Shown: positions 10,905-20,524, counted from the stretch's first letter. The stretch: DNA of 64,000 bases from an uncultured Acidobacteriota bacterium (GCA_963764715.1 CAVXTP010000013.1:96001-160000); one strand, 5' to 3'. Notes: generated by a model from the sequence alone, not told the origin. Numbers and translations: made by a program.

Positions 10905-12173
10905 ATGAGCTTCCGCCGCGGCCTTCGGCTCGCGGGCTTCGCCCGGCGGCACCTGGGCCGCATGAACGCGGGCCGGGCGGACGTCATGGCGCACCTCGCC
11001 GCGCCCCGCGCCGACAACCTGCCGATGCCGACGTTCGTGCAGCTCCGTGTGACGAACCTCTGCAACCTGCGCTGCAAGATGTGCGGGCAGTGGGGCGACA
11101 CCGGGATCTTCCGGTCGCATTCGGGCTCCGCCGGGGCGACCGACGGGGCGCCCGAGCGGGAGCGCATCCGCGAGCTCATCGGATTGAAGCGCCAGCTCGC
11201 GCTCTCCGACTACGTGCGCCTCCTCGACGAGCTCGCGCCCTCGCGGCCGATCATCAGCCTCTTCGGCGGCGAGCCGCTGCTGTACCCGGACATCGTGCCC
11301 CTGGTCCGCGAGGTCAAGGCGCGCGGCCTCACCTGCACGGTCATCACCAACGGCGGCCGCCTCGAGCCGCTGGCGCGCGAGCTCGTCGAGAGCGGGATCG
11401 ACTCGATCGCGGTCTCGATCGACGGGCCGCCCGAGACGCACAACGGGATCCGCGGGCAGGCCGGCAGCTTCGAGCGGGCGGCCGCCGGGGTCCGCGCCGT
11501 CGCGGACTGGCGCCACCGCCTCGGCCGCGTTCTCCCGATGCAGATCGCGATCCTGCCCGTCACCGAGCTCAACATCGACGTGGTCGCCCCCGCGATCGAC
11601 GTCCTGCGGGAGCTCCCTCTCGACACGATCAACGTGGGCCTGCGCTGGTTCGTGCCCGAGAACGTGGGCGCCGAGTACGAGCGGGTCATGCGGGAGGACC
11701 TCGGCGTCGAGGCGACCTCCTGGAAGGGCTTCGAATTCGACGGGACCTCGATCGCGGCCACGAAGGGCCGGCAGCTCGCCGAGCTCGTCCGGCTGCTGAA
11801 GGGCCTGAAACGCCGGCGCTTCCTCGACTCGAGCCGTGGCCGGCCCTGGACCTCGTTCGTGCCCGACGTACCGGCCGAGCGCGTGCCCGAGTACTTTTCG
11901 GATTTTGCCGAGACCTTCGGGCACCGCATGTGCCCGGTCGCCTGGTACTTCGCGCAGGTCGAGCCGGACGGCGAGGTCGCCTTCTGCGGGGACTTTCCGG
12001 ACTATTTCATCGGCAACGTGCGCCGGCAGTCCTTTCGCGAGATCTGGGCGGGGGAGAAGGCGAACCGCTTCCGCGCGAAGCTCGCGAAGGAGCCGCTCCC
12101 GATCTGCGCCCGCTGCTGCGGGAACTTCGTCTACGGGAAGTGGGAGAGGCCGGGGGCGGTCCCCCGGTCGTAG
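10905..12173 (+). CDS. Radical SAM protein with C-terminal SPASM/twitch domain
   Basis: CNLRCKMC, GGEPLL, TNG, SIDG; C-terminal C..W..DGEVAFC..IGNV..IW..CARCC. Confidence 0.9.
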   Translation: MSFRRGLRLAGFARRHLGRMNAGRADVMAHLAAPRADNLPMPTFVQLRVTNLCNLRCKMCGQWGDTGIFRSHSGSAGATDGAPERERIRELIGLKRQLALSDYVRLLDELAPSRPIISLFGGEPLLYPDIVPLVREVKARGLTCTVITNGGRLEPLARELVESGIDSIAVSIDGPPETHNGIRGQAGSFERAAAGVRAVADWRHRLGRVLPMQIAILPVTELNIDVVAPAIDVLRELPLDTINVGLRWFVPENVGAEYERVMREDLGVEATSWKGFEFDGTSIAATKGRQLAELVRLLKGLKRRRFLDSSRGRPWTSFVPDVPAERVPEYFSDFAETFGHRMCPVAWYFAQVEPDGEVAFCGDFPDYFIGNVRRQSFREIWAGEKANRFRAKLAKEPLPICARCCGNFVYGKWERPGAVPRS

Positions 12174-12228
12174 GGGCGGCCCTTGCGGCCGCCCTCTTGA
12201 GCCGGGCGGGGGACAACCCCGCCCCGAC
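12170..12228. repeat. Inverted pair of GTAG-type REP-like palindromes (REPIN-like doublet)
   Basis: GTAGGGGCGGCCCTTGCGGCCGCCC at 12170-12194 and an inverted degenerate copy GGGCGGGGGACAACCCCGCCCCGAC at 12204-12228. Confidence 0.65.
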
Positions 12229-12231
12229 GAC

Positions 12232-13191
12232 CTACGACCGGAGCGCGTCCCAGAACTTGTAGAAGTTGAACCACTGCGTCGGATGGCGGCGGACGACGCC
12301 CTCCAGGTCCGACGCGACCCGCTCCATGATCCGGACGGCGTCGGCGTCGGCCGAGAGCGACGGGTCGGCCGAGAGCGGCTCGCCCCAGACGTTGAAGTAG
12401 CTGCCGTCGGGGTTTCGCAGAAAGAAGCCGGGCAGGATCTCGCACCCGCAGAAGCGCGCCAGAAGCGCCGGCGAACGCAGGAACGGCGTCGGCCGCCCGA
12501 AGAACGGCACCACGACCTCGTCCTCGGGATACGCGCGGTCGACGAGCAGCGCCACCGCCCGGCCGGCGTCGACGGCGCGGCGCACCTTGAAGGCCGTCGC
12601 CATGGACGAGCCGATGTCGATCGACTCGACGCCGAGCCGCTGCCGGAGCTGCTGCCGCATCTCCTGGACGTCGGGGTCGAGCTCGGGCTGGCCGACGACC
12701 GCCGGCACGAGGTCGTGCGCCCGAAGCGTCACGGCTCCCATCTCCCAGTTGCCGACGTGCCCGGTCACGAGGAGAAAGCCCCGGCCGCCGCGGCGCACGC
12801 GGGCGAGGGTCCGCGCGTCCTCGGCCAGGGTGACGACGCGGGGGACGAGCGTTTCGCTCCGCAGCTTCCACACGTCGATCGTGTGCCGCCCGTACTCGAA
12901 GAACTGGCGGCGGGCGAGCCGCTCGGCCTCGGCGTCGGAGACGCCGAGCGCCTTGTGAAAATTGTCGCGGATCCCGGCTTTCGTGCGTCCCAGAAAGGTG
13001 ACGGCGAGGCCGTTGCCCACCAGGTTGATGGCGTTCAAGACGGACATCGGCAGCCAGCGGGCGCCGTAGTGCAGGCCGCCGTAAACGACGCGGTTGGAGA
13101 GCCCGTGGCTGACCCATTTCTTTCGCCCGCGTCGGGACGCGGTCGGAGGCGGCCCCCCGTTCGGGCCGGCGGCGGGCTCGGTTTCTCCCAT
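12232..13191 (-). CDS. Lysophospholipid/lipid A acyltransferase family protein (LpxL/HtrB/PatA-like)
   Basis: LLVTGHVGNWEMG, LLVDR, VPFFGRPT, RRHPTQWF; start placed at ATG 13191. Confidence 0.85.
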   Translation of the reverse strand: MGETEPAAGPNGGPPPTASRRGRKKWVSHGLSNRVVYGGLHYGARWLPMSVLNAINLVGNGLAVTFLGRTKAGIRDNFHKALGVSDAEAERLARRQFFEYGRHTIDVWKLRSETLVPRVVTLAEDARTLARVRRGGRGFLLVTGHVGNWEMGAVTLRAHDLVPAVVGQPELDPDVQEMRQQLRQRLGVESIDIGSSMATAFKVRRAVDAGRAVALLVDRAYPEDEVVVPFFGRPTPFLRSPALLARFCGCEILPGFFLRNPDGSYFNVWGEPLSADPSLSADADAVRIMERVASDLEGVVRRHPTQWFNFYKFWDALRS

Positions 13192-13225
13192 GGGAGAGAG
13201 GAGTTTACAATCCGTGCTGCCGGCC

Positions 13226-14671
13226 ATGAACGTTCTGTTGATCCGCCCCGACCCGGGCAACGAGCGTTTCGGGCTGGGGCCCTTCTTTCGAGTCGAGCCG
13301 CTGGGCCTCGAATACGTCGCCTCGTCCCTCCGAGGCCGCGGCCACACGCCGTCGATCGTGGATCTGCGCTTCGGCCGCCGCGTCGGGGCCTGGATCCGGC
13401 GGACGCGTCCCCGGATGGTCGGCATCTCCTGCATGCACGCCCTCGAGTACGACCGGGTGATCGAGACCGCGCGCGAGGTGCGCCGCGCCGCGCCCGACGC
13501 CTTCATCCTCGTGGGGGGCCACGCCGCCGCCGCCTTTCCGGGGCCACTCCAGTCTCCCGAGATCGACGCGATCTGCGTCGACGACGGCGAAGAGGTGGTG
13601 CCGACGGTCGCGGATGCGCTGGCGTCGGGACGCCCCCTCGCGGAGGTGCCCGCCCTGCTCCTGCGGGGACGCGAGGGCTGGACCGCGACGCGCCATCTCG
13701 AGGACCGGACGGGCCTCGACGCGGTGCCTCTGCCCGCCCGCGATCTCGTGGAACGCGACCGCAACCGGTACCACTGCCTGCTCTTCAAGCCCGTCTGGCT
13801 CGTCGAGACGGCCCGCGGCTGCCCGTTCCGCTGCAACTTCTGCTCGGTGTGGCAGCTCTACGGGCGCTCGTTTCGCGAGCGGTCGATCGCCGCGGTCGTC
13901 GAGGACATGGAGAAGGTCGGCGACGCCGTCTTCATCGCCGACGACCTCTTCTGGAACCACCCCGAGCGCAGCCACGAGCTCGCGCACGCGCTCAAGGCCC
14001 GCGGCATCCGCAAGCGCTGGATCCTCGTCCAGACCCGGACGGACCTCATCTGCCGCCACGCCGACCTTCTCGAGGCCTGGCGGCCGCTCGCGAAGGATTT
14101 CGACATCTTCTTCGGCCTCGAGGCGGCTTCCGACGCGGGCCTCGCGAGCGTGACGAAGGACGCCGGCGTCACGTCGTCGATCGAGGCGGCGCGGCTCGCG
14201 CGCTCACTCGGCTACGGCGTCACGGGGAACTTCCTCGTCGATCCCGACTGGGACGAGGCGCACTTCCAGGAGCTCTGGGACTTCGTCGCGAAGAACGGCT
14301 TCCAGCGCGCGGGCTACACGATCCTGACGCCGCTGCCGGGGACCGATCTCTTCCAGAAGCTCTCGCCGATCCTCGAGGGTCAGCCCTGGTTCAAGTACGA
14401 CATGCACCACGTTCTCTGGGAGCCGAAGCTCGGCGCCAGGCGGTTCTTCGAGCTCTACGCCGAGACCTGGCGCCGGTCGATCCTGAACACCTCGGGCGAG
14501 AAGAGCTGGATCGAGTGGATGCGCCAGGTCCGTCCCGCGCAGATCCCGTACCTGACGCGCGTCCTCATGCGGACCCAACGGATGATGAAGGCGCAGGCGT
14601 ATCTCAAGGAGCACGAAGAGGCGCAGCGGACCAAAGCGGTCGCGCCGCCCCAGGCCCTCGAGGCGTCCTGA
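13226..14671 (+). CDS. Cobalamin-binding radical SAM protein (class B methylase, HpnR-like)
   Basis: RVEPLGLEYVA and VGGHAA B12-domain motifs; RGCPFRCNFCSVWQLYGRS; IADD; DPDWD; LTPLPGT. Confidence 0.88.
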   Translation: MNVLLIRPDPGNERFGLGPFFRVEPLGLEYVASSLRGRGHTPSIVDLRFGRRVGAWIRRTRPRMVGISCMHALEYDRVIETAREVRRAAPDAFILVGGHAAAAFPGPLQSPEIDAICVDDGEEVVPTVADALASGRPLAEVPALLLRGREGWTATRHLEDRTGLDAVPLPARDLVERDRNRYHCLLFKPVWLVETARGCPFRCNFCSVWQLYGRSFRERSIAAVVEDMEKVGDAVFIADDLFWNHPERSHELAHALKARGIRKRWILVQTRTDLICRHADLLEAWRPLAKDFDIFFGLEAASDAGLASVTKDAGVTSSIEAARLARSLGYGVTGNFLVDPDWDEAHFQELWDFVAKNGFQRAGYTILTPLPGTDLFQKLSPILEGQPWFKYDMHHVLWEPKLGARRFFELYAETWRRSILNTSGEKSWIEWMRQVRPAQIPYLTRVLMRTQRMMKAQAYLKEHEEAQRTKAVAPPQALEAS

Positions 14672-15246
14672 GCTCGACCGGTCTCGATCGCGTCCTGCCG
14701 GGCGGCGAACGGCTCTCCCTTCACTCGACCCGGATCCGCGCGACCCGAGAGCGCGTGTGGGAAGCGATCCTCGCGCGGGACCTCGCCAGCTCGGCGGCGT
14801 CGAAGGCGCTTCTCGCCCTGCGCGGATATGGCGGCCGGGCGTTTGCGCAGAGCAAGGGAACGTTCCCCGAAAAGCTCCAGCGCTTCGGCTTCACGCGGCT
14901 CGAGGAGGATCCCGGGCGCGAACTCGTCTTCGGCATCGCCGGGAAGTTCTGGCGCTACGACGGAGGGCTGCGGCCGATCGCGGACCGGGCCGCGTTCCTC
15001 GGATTCGCCGATGAGGGCTGCGTGAAGGCCGCGTGGAACCTCCGGGTCGAGGAGAGCGGCAGCGGCGCCTTCGAGCTCTCGACCGAGACGCGTATCCAGT
15101 ACTTCGGCGCCGCCGCCCGCCGGAAGTTCCGCCTCTACTGGACGCTCATCCGCCCGTTCTCGGGCGCGATCCGGATCGGCCTGCTGCGCGGGATCCGGCG
15201 CCGAAGTGATGGCGGAGGCTCGAACGCGCGTTACTCGGGAGTATGA
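14668..15246 (+). CDS. Conserved hypothetical protein (DUF2867-like), probable CTG start overlapping the upstream stop
   Basis: Last part of ORF 11836..15246: LDRVLP..H..I.A..ERVW, EDPGRELVFGIAGKFW, KAAWN, LSTETR, RRKFRLYW.LIRPFSG. Confidence 0.72.
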   Translation: MSSTGLDRVLPGGERLSLHSTRIRATRERVWEAILARDLASSAASKALLALRGYGGRAFAQSKGTFPEKLQRFGFTRLEEDPGRELVFGIAGKFWRYDGGLRPIADRAAFLGFADEGCVKAAWNLRVEESGSGAFELSTETRIQYFGAAARRKFRLYWTLIRPFSGAIRIGLLRGIRRRSDGGGSNARYSGV

Positions 15247-17573
15247 GTCAGGGTGAACCGGGTGATTTCAGAGGCGGTCAACTGCCCCTGCGAATCGGTC
15301 TGCGCCACAGTCGCGGTGGCCCACGGGTCTTTGCGGCCGGTCAGCGACCAGTGTTCTTGGAAGTACGGGTACGCTCCTCCGAATAAGGTTCCCCAGACAT
15401 ATCGATCCGCGAAATGGAAGACCCCGTATTCCTTGAGCCAAAAATCAGCGAAGGAAAAGGAAATGCACGTAACCGAAAACGCGTCGTGCGGAGTTCCCGT
15501 ATCGTAGAGCAGTTTGACGTTTTGGTCGCCGCCCCAGTACATCCTCGCTTTGAAAGTCGAAGGGGTCGACGAGAGCAGCACGGGGCAGTCGTCCGGGGCG
15601 CAACACGCCTCCAGGTGCTCGTGAAGGATTGGACCTTCTCCGGAGATCTCGAGCCCATTCTGAGTCGAGTGACCGCGGAGCGTCACCGACTCGGCGACCA
15701 CCCGCGCGCTCTCGCTGAACGGGCCCCCGGTCTCCGCGATCGACGAGTCGAACGTGAGCTTGAACGTGAGGCACTTGAACACCTGGTCGATCTCGGACTG
15801 GAGTTCCGGGAACCGTTGACTGAGGCCGCCAGATCGGGCGACCTTGATGATCGGGAATACGCTGAAGATGGCGTGCGGGTCCTCCGAGCACCGCTCGTGG
15901 ATCTTCGACAATGCCAGCGAGATCATCCTCTTCCAGAGTGAGTAGATTTCTTCGGTTCGGCCGGGAAAGACCGTCTCCATGGGTGCCCCGACCGCGATGG
16001 GGACCTCGAGCACCCAGGCGTTCGTTTGATGGATGAGGTCGACGACGCGAGCCGGCTCGCCGTCGGTGGCCTCCATCTGGATTTTGAGGGCCTGGTATCC
16101 CGCGTCCAGGCGCTGGACCACACTGACTTCGATCCTCTTGAATTCGGGTCCACCGATCGACGCCGCGGCGGCGCGACCGTCGCGGAGGAAGGGTGAGATC
16201 GCGTGGCTCAGCAGGTCGCCGTCGGCAACCGGCTCACGCTCGAGCCGGGACTGCCGCTCCGAATCCGTTCCGCGGGCGACGCCGTAGCCTCCAAGATGAA
16301 AGATTTCCAGCTTGAGGTCCCCCGACGTCGGCCAGGGTGGAAAGAGGAACAGGTCCTCGCCCGACCCGTTCCACGCGACAGGGGTCTCTTCCGAACCGGC
16401 GAGGGGCGCCGCGGTGTGAATCGACAGCGTCGCGCCCTGAAGCAGCGGTGTTCCGGAAGGCTGGATGTCTACGCCGGCGACGAGTCCCCCCGCGAAGGGG
16501 AAATGACCGACGGCTCCGACCGGCGTCATCGTCACGACTTCGTCGAAAAGAAGTGAAGTCGCCGGGATGTCCAGCGTGAAGACGGTGCCGTCGGCCGCGG
16601 TCGCGGAAAGCGACCCTCCCTCGAGGGCGGGAATCGGGGCGGACGCGGCGCGCGGGGAGTGGGTCTCGACCGTGATTCCGTCGCCGCCCCGGAACGCCGC
16701 GGTGTCACCGACCGATGCGAATGTGCTCGCAGGATTGCTGTAGGAGCGCATCGCACCGCTGATCGTGTCGACCACGTTGATCGTGTACGCGACGTTCGAG
16801 AGCGCTCCGAAGAAGACCCAGAACTTGCCGCTGATCGACCGGGCGTCGAGGACCTTGATCATCAACTCGACATTGGACGGCGAAAAGAACCAGAAATAGC
16901 CCGTGTCGTTGGTGAGCTGGACGGGCTGCCCGGAGCCATGGCGGCCGTGGGAATCCGTCCAGTGGACTTCCAGACGGAAGCGGCAACTCGTCAGGAAAAG
17001 ATTCGGTCTCCCGTCGGCACATGGCGTGAACGCGGCTGCGGATTCGGAGGCGGCCTTCATGCTTTCGTGCGGAACGGCGTCGATGAACCCCTGGATCTCG
17101 TCGAGCGAGCCAGGCGGCGCCGCGGTGCCGGCAACCTCGACCGTTTGCGCCGTCGGCGGCGCGTCGACGGCCCCTTCGAACGCGCTGGTGTCGCCGACGC
17201 TCGCGAACTGGCCGAGGGGGTTGTGATAGTTCTTGACCGCGCCGGTGACCGTGTCGGTGACGGTCAGGTCGAACTCCACGGATGTGAGCGCCCCGAAGAA
17301 GACCCAGTACTTCCCGCTGAGGGCCCGGGCGTCGAGGACCTTGACGACGAGCTCGATGTTGGCCTCCGAGAAAAACCAGAAGTAGCCGGTGTCGGCGGTG
17401 ATCGGGACGGCCTGGCCGACGCCGGTGCGGCCCCGGGAGTCGCGCCACGAGACGTCCACCTCGAAGCGGGAAGCGTTGAGGCAGAGGGTCGTGGGCGACG
17501 GGGCGCACGGAGCGGCGGCGAGCCGGTTCGAGGCCAGGAGCAGCGAGGCGGCGATCAGGAGAGCCTTGCGCAT
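15231..17573 (-). CDS. Secreted protein with two N-terminal 'GYFWFF..N.EL..KVLD' repeat domains and an unknown C-terminal region
   Basis: RBS AGAGGGA; signal peptide MRKALLIAASLLLAS; two repeats of about 110 aa (LCL..RF.V..W..DTGYFWFF..N.EL..KVLD..WVFFGAL..Y.NP..FASVGDT.AF). Confidence 0.8.
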   Translation of the reverse strand: MRKALLIAASLLLASNRLAAAPCAPSPTTLCLNASRFEVDVSWRDSRGRTGVGQAVPITADTGYFWFFSEANIELVVKVLDARALSGKYWVFFGALTSVEFDLTVTDTVTGAVKNYHNPLGQFASVGDTSAFEGAVDAPPTAQTVEVAGTAAPPGSLDEIQGFIDAVPHESMKAASESAAAFTPCADGRPNLFLTSCRFRLEVHWTDSHGRHGSGQPVQLTNDTGYFWFFSPSNVELMIKVLDARSISGKFWVFFGALSNVAYTINVVDTISGAMRSYSNPASTFASVGDTAAFRGGDGITVETHSPRAASAPIPALEGGSLSATAADGTVFTLDIPATSLLFDEVVTMTPVGAVGHFPFAGGLVAGVDIQPSGTPLLQGATLSIHTAAPLAGSEETPVAWNGSGEDLFLFPPWPTSGDLKLEIFHLGGYGVARGTDSERQSRLEREPVADGDLLSHAISPFLRDGRAAAASIGGPEFKRIEVSVVQRLDAGYQALKIQMEATDGEPARVVDLIHQTNAWVLEVPIAVGAPMETVFPGRTEEIYSLWKRMISLALSKIHERCSEDPHAIFSVFPIIKVARSGGLSQRFPELQSEIDQVFKCLTFKLTFDSSIAETGGPFSESARVVAESVTLRGHSTQNGLEISGEGPILHEHLEACCAPDDCPVLLSSTPSTFKARMYWGGDQNVKLLYDTGTPHDAFSVTCISFSFADFWLKEYGVFHFADRYVWGTLFGGAYPYFQEHWSLTGRKDPWATATVAQTDSQGQLTASEITRFTLTHTPE

Positions 17574-17590
17574 GGTGTTCCCTCTGGCCA

Positions 17591-17620
17591 ACACGCGCAA
17601 GGGCGGGCCGGCCGGGGTCA
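17591..17620 (-). promoter_or_regulatory. Putative ECF promoter TGACCC-N15-TGCGCGTGT
   Basis: One of three equally spaced copies upstream of consecutive minus-strand units. Confidence 0.65.
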
Positions 17621-17627
17621 GGTTCGG

Positions 17628-17677
17628 GAAAGAAAAGAGCCGCCGGGAGGTCCGAGGAAACCTCGTTTCGGCGGCGA
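17628..17677 (-). terminator. Probable intrinsic terminator after the SLH gene
   Basis: Minus strand GCCGCCG...CGGCGGC stem followed by TCTTTTCTTT. Confidence 0.5.
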
Positions 17678-17723
17678 TGGTCCGGCGACTCGAACCCGAA
17701 ACGTCTTCGTCCGGGGCTCCCGG

Positions 17724-20051
17724 CTACTGCAGGTGGAACGTCTTGGTCAGGAACACCGCCATCTGCCCGCGGGTGTTGGGATTGAGCGGACAGTAGTTGC
17801 CCCCTCCGCACCCTCCCGTGATCCCCTCGGCGGCGAGCTGCTCGATCCAGTCGGCGAACTGCGACGGGCACGGGACGTCCGGGTAGTCCCCGTTGCAGGG
17901 CGGCGGCAGGTAGTTCGGGCCGTGCTCGGCCTTCAGCAGGAAGACGGCCATCTGGTCGCGGCGGACGGGGTTCTGCGGGCAGTAGTTGCCGCCGCCGCAC
18001 CCTCCCGTGATCCCCTCGGTGGCGAGGGCCTCGATCCAGTTGGCGAACGTCGACGGACAGGGGACGTCGGAGAAGGTCCCCGTGCACGGCGGGGGAACGT
18101 AGCAGAGGCCGTGGCGGCCCTTTAGCAGGAAAACGGCCATCTGCTGGCGGAGCGTCGGGTCGTTGACGCCGTAGAGCCCGTTGCCGACGCCGACCGTGAT
18201 CGCGTTCGAGACGAGGGTCGTCACGAAGTTGTAGAACTGCTGGCTCGGCGGCACGTCCAGGAAGTCCACGATCCAGGCCTTCTTGAGGGTCCCCGAGGTC
18301 GCGTCCGTGTTCGTGACCACGATGTCGTTGACGGTGGCGGCGGGCAGCAGGGGCGCCGTGACCGTCATCGTCGTCTCGTCGGTGACGTTGGGGCCGGTGC
18401 CCGCGACGCCGCCGAACGTGACCGTCGCGCCCGCGACGAAGTGGGTGCCCGTGAGGGTGACGACCACGCCGCCGGCGGGCGGCCCCGAGCGCGGGCTCGA
18501 CGCGTAGATGACGTTCTGCGAGAACTCGGACGTGTTGCCCGACGGGTCCGTCGCCGTCAGGGAGATCGGCGGCTGCGTCGGGGCGTTCGCGTCGTTGACG
18601 ACGAGGTCGAACGGCGCGTCGCCCGCTCCGTTGGTCGTGACCTGCTGCGTTCCCAGGTAGTACGCGCTCTGGAGCAGGTCGCGCGGGCGCGGCGTGCACG
18701 ACGGGCTCTCGAAGACGTCGAGGTCGAAGGTCGTACTCGGGCTCGACTTGAGGATCCCGTGCACCGTGACGGTCGTCGCGCCGTAGTCGACCGACGAGAT
18801 GAACGGGAAGTTCTGGAGCTGATTGGCGCCGGTGTCGCCGTCGCCGGCGTCGTTTTTCGTGACGCCGTCCGGGACGTTGTCGATGCCGAGGCGCTGGCTG
18901 AAGAAGATCGGGTTGGCGCGGATCGCGTTGCGGACGCCGTCGTTGTACACGCCGGTCTGGTTGAACGCGATCGCGTTGGCCTCCCCGGGTGCGACGCCGC
19001 CGATGAGCGCGTCGGTCGCCGCCAGGCTGAGATAAACGCCCGCCCGTCCGTTTCCGAGCGGTTTCGTGGCCGTGGGGTCCGTTCCGATTGTGTTGCCCTT
19101 GACGACGGAGCCGACGGTCCCTAAGTAGATCCCGTCGAGCTGGTTGCCGGAGATGAGGTTTCCTTCCCCGGCGTTGAAATCGCCGCCGATCACCAGGCCC
19201 GGGTGGACTGTCGCGTAGATCCCCCACTGGTTGGGGAGCGACTCCGTCCCCGCAGCGTTCGTTCCGATGCGATTGCCCTGGATCGTGGTGCCGCTGCCGT
19301 TGATGACGAAGATGCCCTCGCCGGTGCTTCCGGAGACGAGGTTGCCCTGGCCCGGGTCCGACCCGCCGATCAGGAAGCCCGTGGTTCCCGTCAGGCTGAT
19401 GCCGCGGCCGTTGGAAATCGGCGCGTTCCCGGTGATCGACGTTCCGATGAGGTTGCCCTGGATGACGTTCGCGCCGCCGCCCGTCGACTGGATGCCGGTG
19501 GTGTTGCCGCTGATGAGGTTCCGGGCTCCCGCGGCGGAGCCACCGATCACGTTGCCGGTCGCGCCCGACGTGATGACGACTCCCGTCCCGTTCGGCACGG
19601 CGATCGTCCCGGTCGGATTCGTTCCGATGAAGCAGGCCTCGAGGTGGTTGTCGTTCGACTCGATCTGGATGCCGGCGGAGAAGTCGTTGACGCAGACGCC
19701 GCGGATCGTGTTCCCGCCGGCTCCCGTCATGCGGAGACCCGCGCCGCTGAACGTGGAGACCTCGATCAGGGGCGTGCCGGCGTAGCCCGGCTGGGTCGTG
19801 GCGTCGAGGGTCGTCTGGCCGGCCAGCGGCGGAAGGATGCTGAGCGGCAGGATCTGGAAGGGGCCGGCGCCCGGGATGTTGAAGTCGATCGTGTCGGGCC
19901 CCGCGTTGGCGTTCGCGTCGAGGATCGCCTGGCGAAGCGACCCCCCTCCGGTGTCATTCGTGTTCGTGACGGTGAACGTGGCGGCGTGCCCGACGGCGCC
20001 CGCGAGCGCGAAGCCCCATGCGGCGGAAGCGAGCCACCGGGCGCGCCTCAC
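17724..20051 (-). CDS. Secreted beta-helix + IPT/TIG + triple SLH protein
   Basis: GTG start overlapping the RDD stop; signal peptide, ATFTVTNTND..GSLRQAI, GNLISGN/IGT repeats, [12 protein letters not shown], 3x SLH ending KTFHLQ. Confidence 0.88.
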   Translation of the reverse strand: MRRARWLASAAWGFALAGAVGHAATFTVTNTNDTGGGSLRQAILDANANAGPDTIDFNIPGAGPFQILPLSILPPLAGQTTLDATTQPGYAGTPLIEVSTFSGAGLRMTGAGGNTIRGVCVNDFSAGIQIESNDNHLEACFIGTNPTGTIAVPNGTGVVITSGATGNVIGGSAAGARNLISGNTTGIQSTGGGANVIQGNLIGTSITGNAPISNGRGISLTGTTGFLIGGSDPGQGNLVSGSTGEGIFVINGSGTTIQGNRIGTNAAGTESLPNQWGIYATVHPGLVIGGDFNAGEGNLISGNQLDGIYLGTVGSVVKGNTIGTDPTATKPLGNGRAGVYLSLAATDALIGGVAPGEANAIAFNQTGVYNDGVRNAIRANPIFFSQRLGIDNVPDGVTKNDAGDGDTGANQLQNFPFISSVDYGATTVTVHGILKSSPSTTFDLDVFESPSCTPRPRDLLQSAYYLGTQQVTTNGAGDAPFDLVVNDANAPTQPPISLTATDPSGNTSEFSQNVIYASSPRSGPPAGGVVVTLTGTHFVAGATVTFGGVAGTGPNVTDETTMTVTAPLLPAATVNDIVVTNTDATSGTLKKAWIVDFLDVPPSQQFYNFVTTLVSNAITVGVGNGLYGVNDPTLRQQMAVFLLKGRHGLCYVPPPCTGTFSDVPCPSTFANWIEALATEGITGGCGGGNYCPQNPVRRDQMAVFLLKAEHGPNYLPPPCNGDYPDVPCPSQFADWIEQLAAEGITGGCGGGNYCPLNPNTRGQMAVFLTKTFHLQ

Positions 20052-20524
20052 CGGGCCTCCACGACGATCGAGTCGGCGATCAGGTCGTGCAGCGCTCTCC
20101 GGTCCCGATGGAGGAGCGCCACGATCGAGTCGATCAGGAGAACGTTGCCGGCCGTGATGCCGACCAGGCGCAGCAGGGCCCGTCCCATGCCGATCGCCTG
20201 CCCGTCTTCGATCCTCCCGACGCGCGCCACGCGCAGCCCCATGATCTTCTTTCCGGGGGTCGCGCCCTCGAGACCCCAGAAGTAGACGAAATAGCCGGTG
20301 ACGACCACCGCGGCGAGCGCGACGAGCCCCCAGGTTTCCGCTTCCGCGGCCCGGGGACCGAAGATCGCGAGCGCCATGTGGGCCACCAGTCCCGCCACCA
20401 GCGCGACGCTCGCCACGATCACCCCGTCGATCGCCGTCGCGGCCAGCCGCACGGCCAGCCCGGCCGATGCCGGGGGATGCACCACCGCGAGAGATCCCGG
20501 AAGCTCCAGCGTCCTCGAGCTCAT
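20048..20524 (-). CDS. RDD family membrane protein
   Basis: RLAATAID, YFVYFWGLEGATPGKKIMGLRV, RALLR, RALHDLIADSIVV; RBS GGAGGAGG. Confidence 0.88.
   Translation of the reverse strand: MSSRTLELPGSLAVVHPPASAGLAVRLAATAIDGVIVASVALVAGLVAHMALAIFGPRAAEAETWGLVALAAVVVTGYFVYFWGLEGATPGKKIMGLRVARVGRIEDGQAIGMGRALLRLVGITAGNVLLIDSIVALLHRDRRALHDLIADSIVVEAR

Noticed and set aside
13226-14671. Assigning the gene symbol hpnR
   Set aside because: Similarity is from remembered motifs only and there is no hopanoid gene context; needs phylogeny
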